Of a DNA stretch of 15,795 bases, positions 15,147-15,795 are shown piece by piece (positions within the stretch are counted from its first letter, which is position 1; each line of letters opens with the position of its first letter). A program made the translations under genes and the position numbers. Source of the stretch: a virus. The stretch lies in the UHGV virus genome UHGV-0205859; one strand, given 5' to 3'. The notes under the pieces are model-generated. The model was not told where the DNA came from, searched no databases, and saw nothing but the letters and a program-made list of their open reading frames with translations.

Positions 15147-15795
15147 ATGCAGGATATTCATGAAGAGAGTCTGAATGAATCGGTAAAATCAGAGCAGTCG
15201 GCGCTGGTGGTTCTGTGGGAAATCGACCTGACAGAGATCGGTGGTGAACGTTATTTTTTCTGTAATGAGCAGAACGAAAAAGGTGAGCCGGTCACCTGGC
15301 AGGGGCGTCAGTATCAGGCATACCCCATTCAGGGAACGGGATTTGAACTGAACGGCAAGGGCAGCAGCGCAAGACCGACACTGCAGGTTTCTAACCTGTA
15401 CGGCATGGTCACCGGGATGGCGGAAGATCTGCAGAGTCTGGTCGGCGGAACGGTGGTTCGGCGTAAGGTTTACGCCCGTTTTCTGGATGCGGTGAACTTC
15501 GTCAACGGAAACAGCGACGCCGATCCGGAGCAGGAGGTGATCAGTCGCTGGCGCATCGAGCAGTGCAGCGAACTGAGCGCGGTCAGTGCCTCCTTTGTAC
15601 TGTCCACGCCGACGGAAACGGATGGCGCTGTTTTTCCGGGACGTATCATGCTGGCCAACACCTGCACCTGGACCTATCGCGGTGATGAGTGCGGTTATCA
15701 CGGTCCGGCAGTCGCGGATGAATATGACCAGCCGACGTCCGATATCACGAAGGATAAATGCAGCAAATGCCTGAGTGGCTGTAAGTTTCGCAATA
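15147..15795 (+). CDS. L: Minor tail protein gpL, 3'-truncated by the window edge
   Basis: ATG 15147 with GAGGAG at 15135-15140. The frame is open to the end of the window and encodes MQDIHEESLNESVKSEQSALVVLWEIDLTEIGGERYFFCNEQNEKGEPVTWQGRQYQ..., matching lambda L as recalled. It is absent from the ORF track because no stop falls in the window. Confidence 0.9.
   Translation, partial: MQDIHEESLNESVKSEQSALVVLWEIDLTEIGGERYFFCNEQNEKGEPVTWQGRQYQAYPIQGTGFELNGKGSSARPTLQVSNLYGMVTGMAEDLQSLVGGTVVRRKVYARFLDAVNFVNGNSDADPEQEVISRWRIEQCSELSAVSASFVLSTPTETDGAVFPGRIMLANTCTWTYRGDECGYHGPAVADEYDQPTSDITKDKCSKCLSGCKFRN

Noticed and set aside
1-15795. CRISPR arrays, integrase, transposase, or toxin/defence cargo
   Set aside because: No regularly spaced direct repeats and no ORF with recombinase, nuclease, ATPase-defence or toxin-like features outside the canonical structural genes. 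Every large ORF is accounted for by lysis or morphogenesis functions.

Overview
This window is the late (lysis to morphogenesis) region of a lambda-like (lambdoid) siphovirus prophage of an enterobacterial host, all genes on the + strand. No novel system is evident; everything outside the two non-canonical stretches (411-745 and 1214-2608) is ordinary phage late-region content. Gene order: 3' part of a GH24 endolysin, a 335-nt spacer with a small membrane-peptide ORF, nested Rz/Rz1 spanins, a ~1.4 kb AT-rich stretch with no convincing ORF that ends in a GC-rich candidate cos site, then terminase small and large subunits, gpW, portal, a fused protease-scaffold-capsid gene, a decoration-like protein, FII, Z, U, V, G and G-T (programmed -1 frameshift), tape measure H, M and the 5' part of L. 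The tail module (Z to L) closely resembles phage lambda by recollection of lambda proteins; the head module is lambda-family but divergent. No tRNA, CRISPR array, integrase, transposase or recognisable defence/toxin cargo was found. The least explained loci are the small ORF upstream of Rz, the AT-rich spacer with a minus-strand terminator (possible short antisense RNA), and the cos-proximal repeats. All calls are from reading the sequence and recalled protein families; no database search was run.
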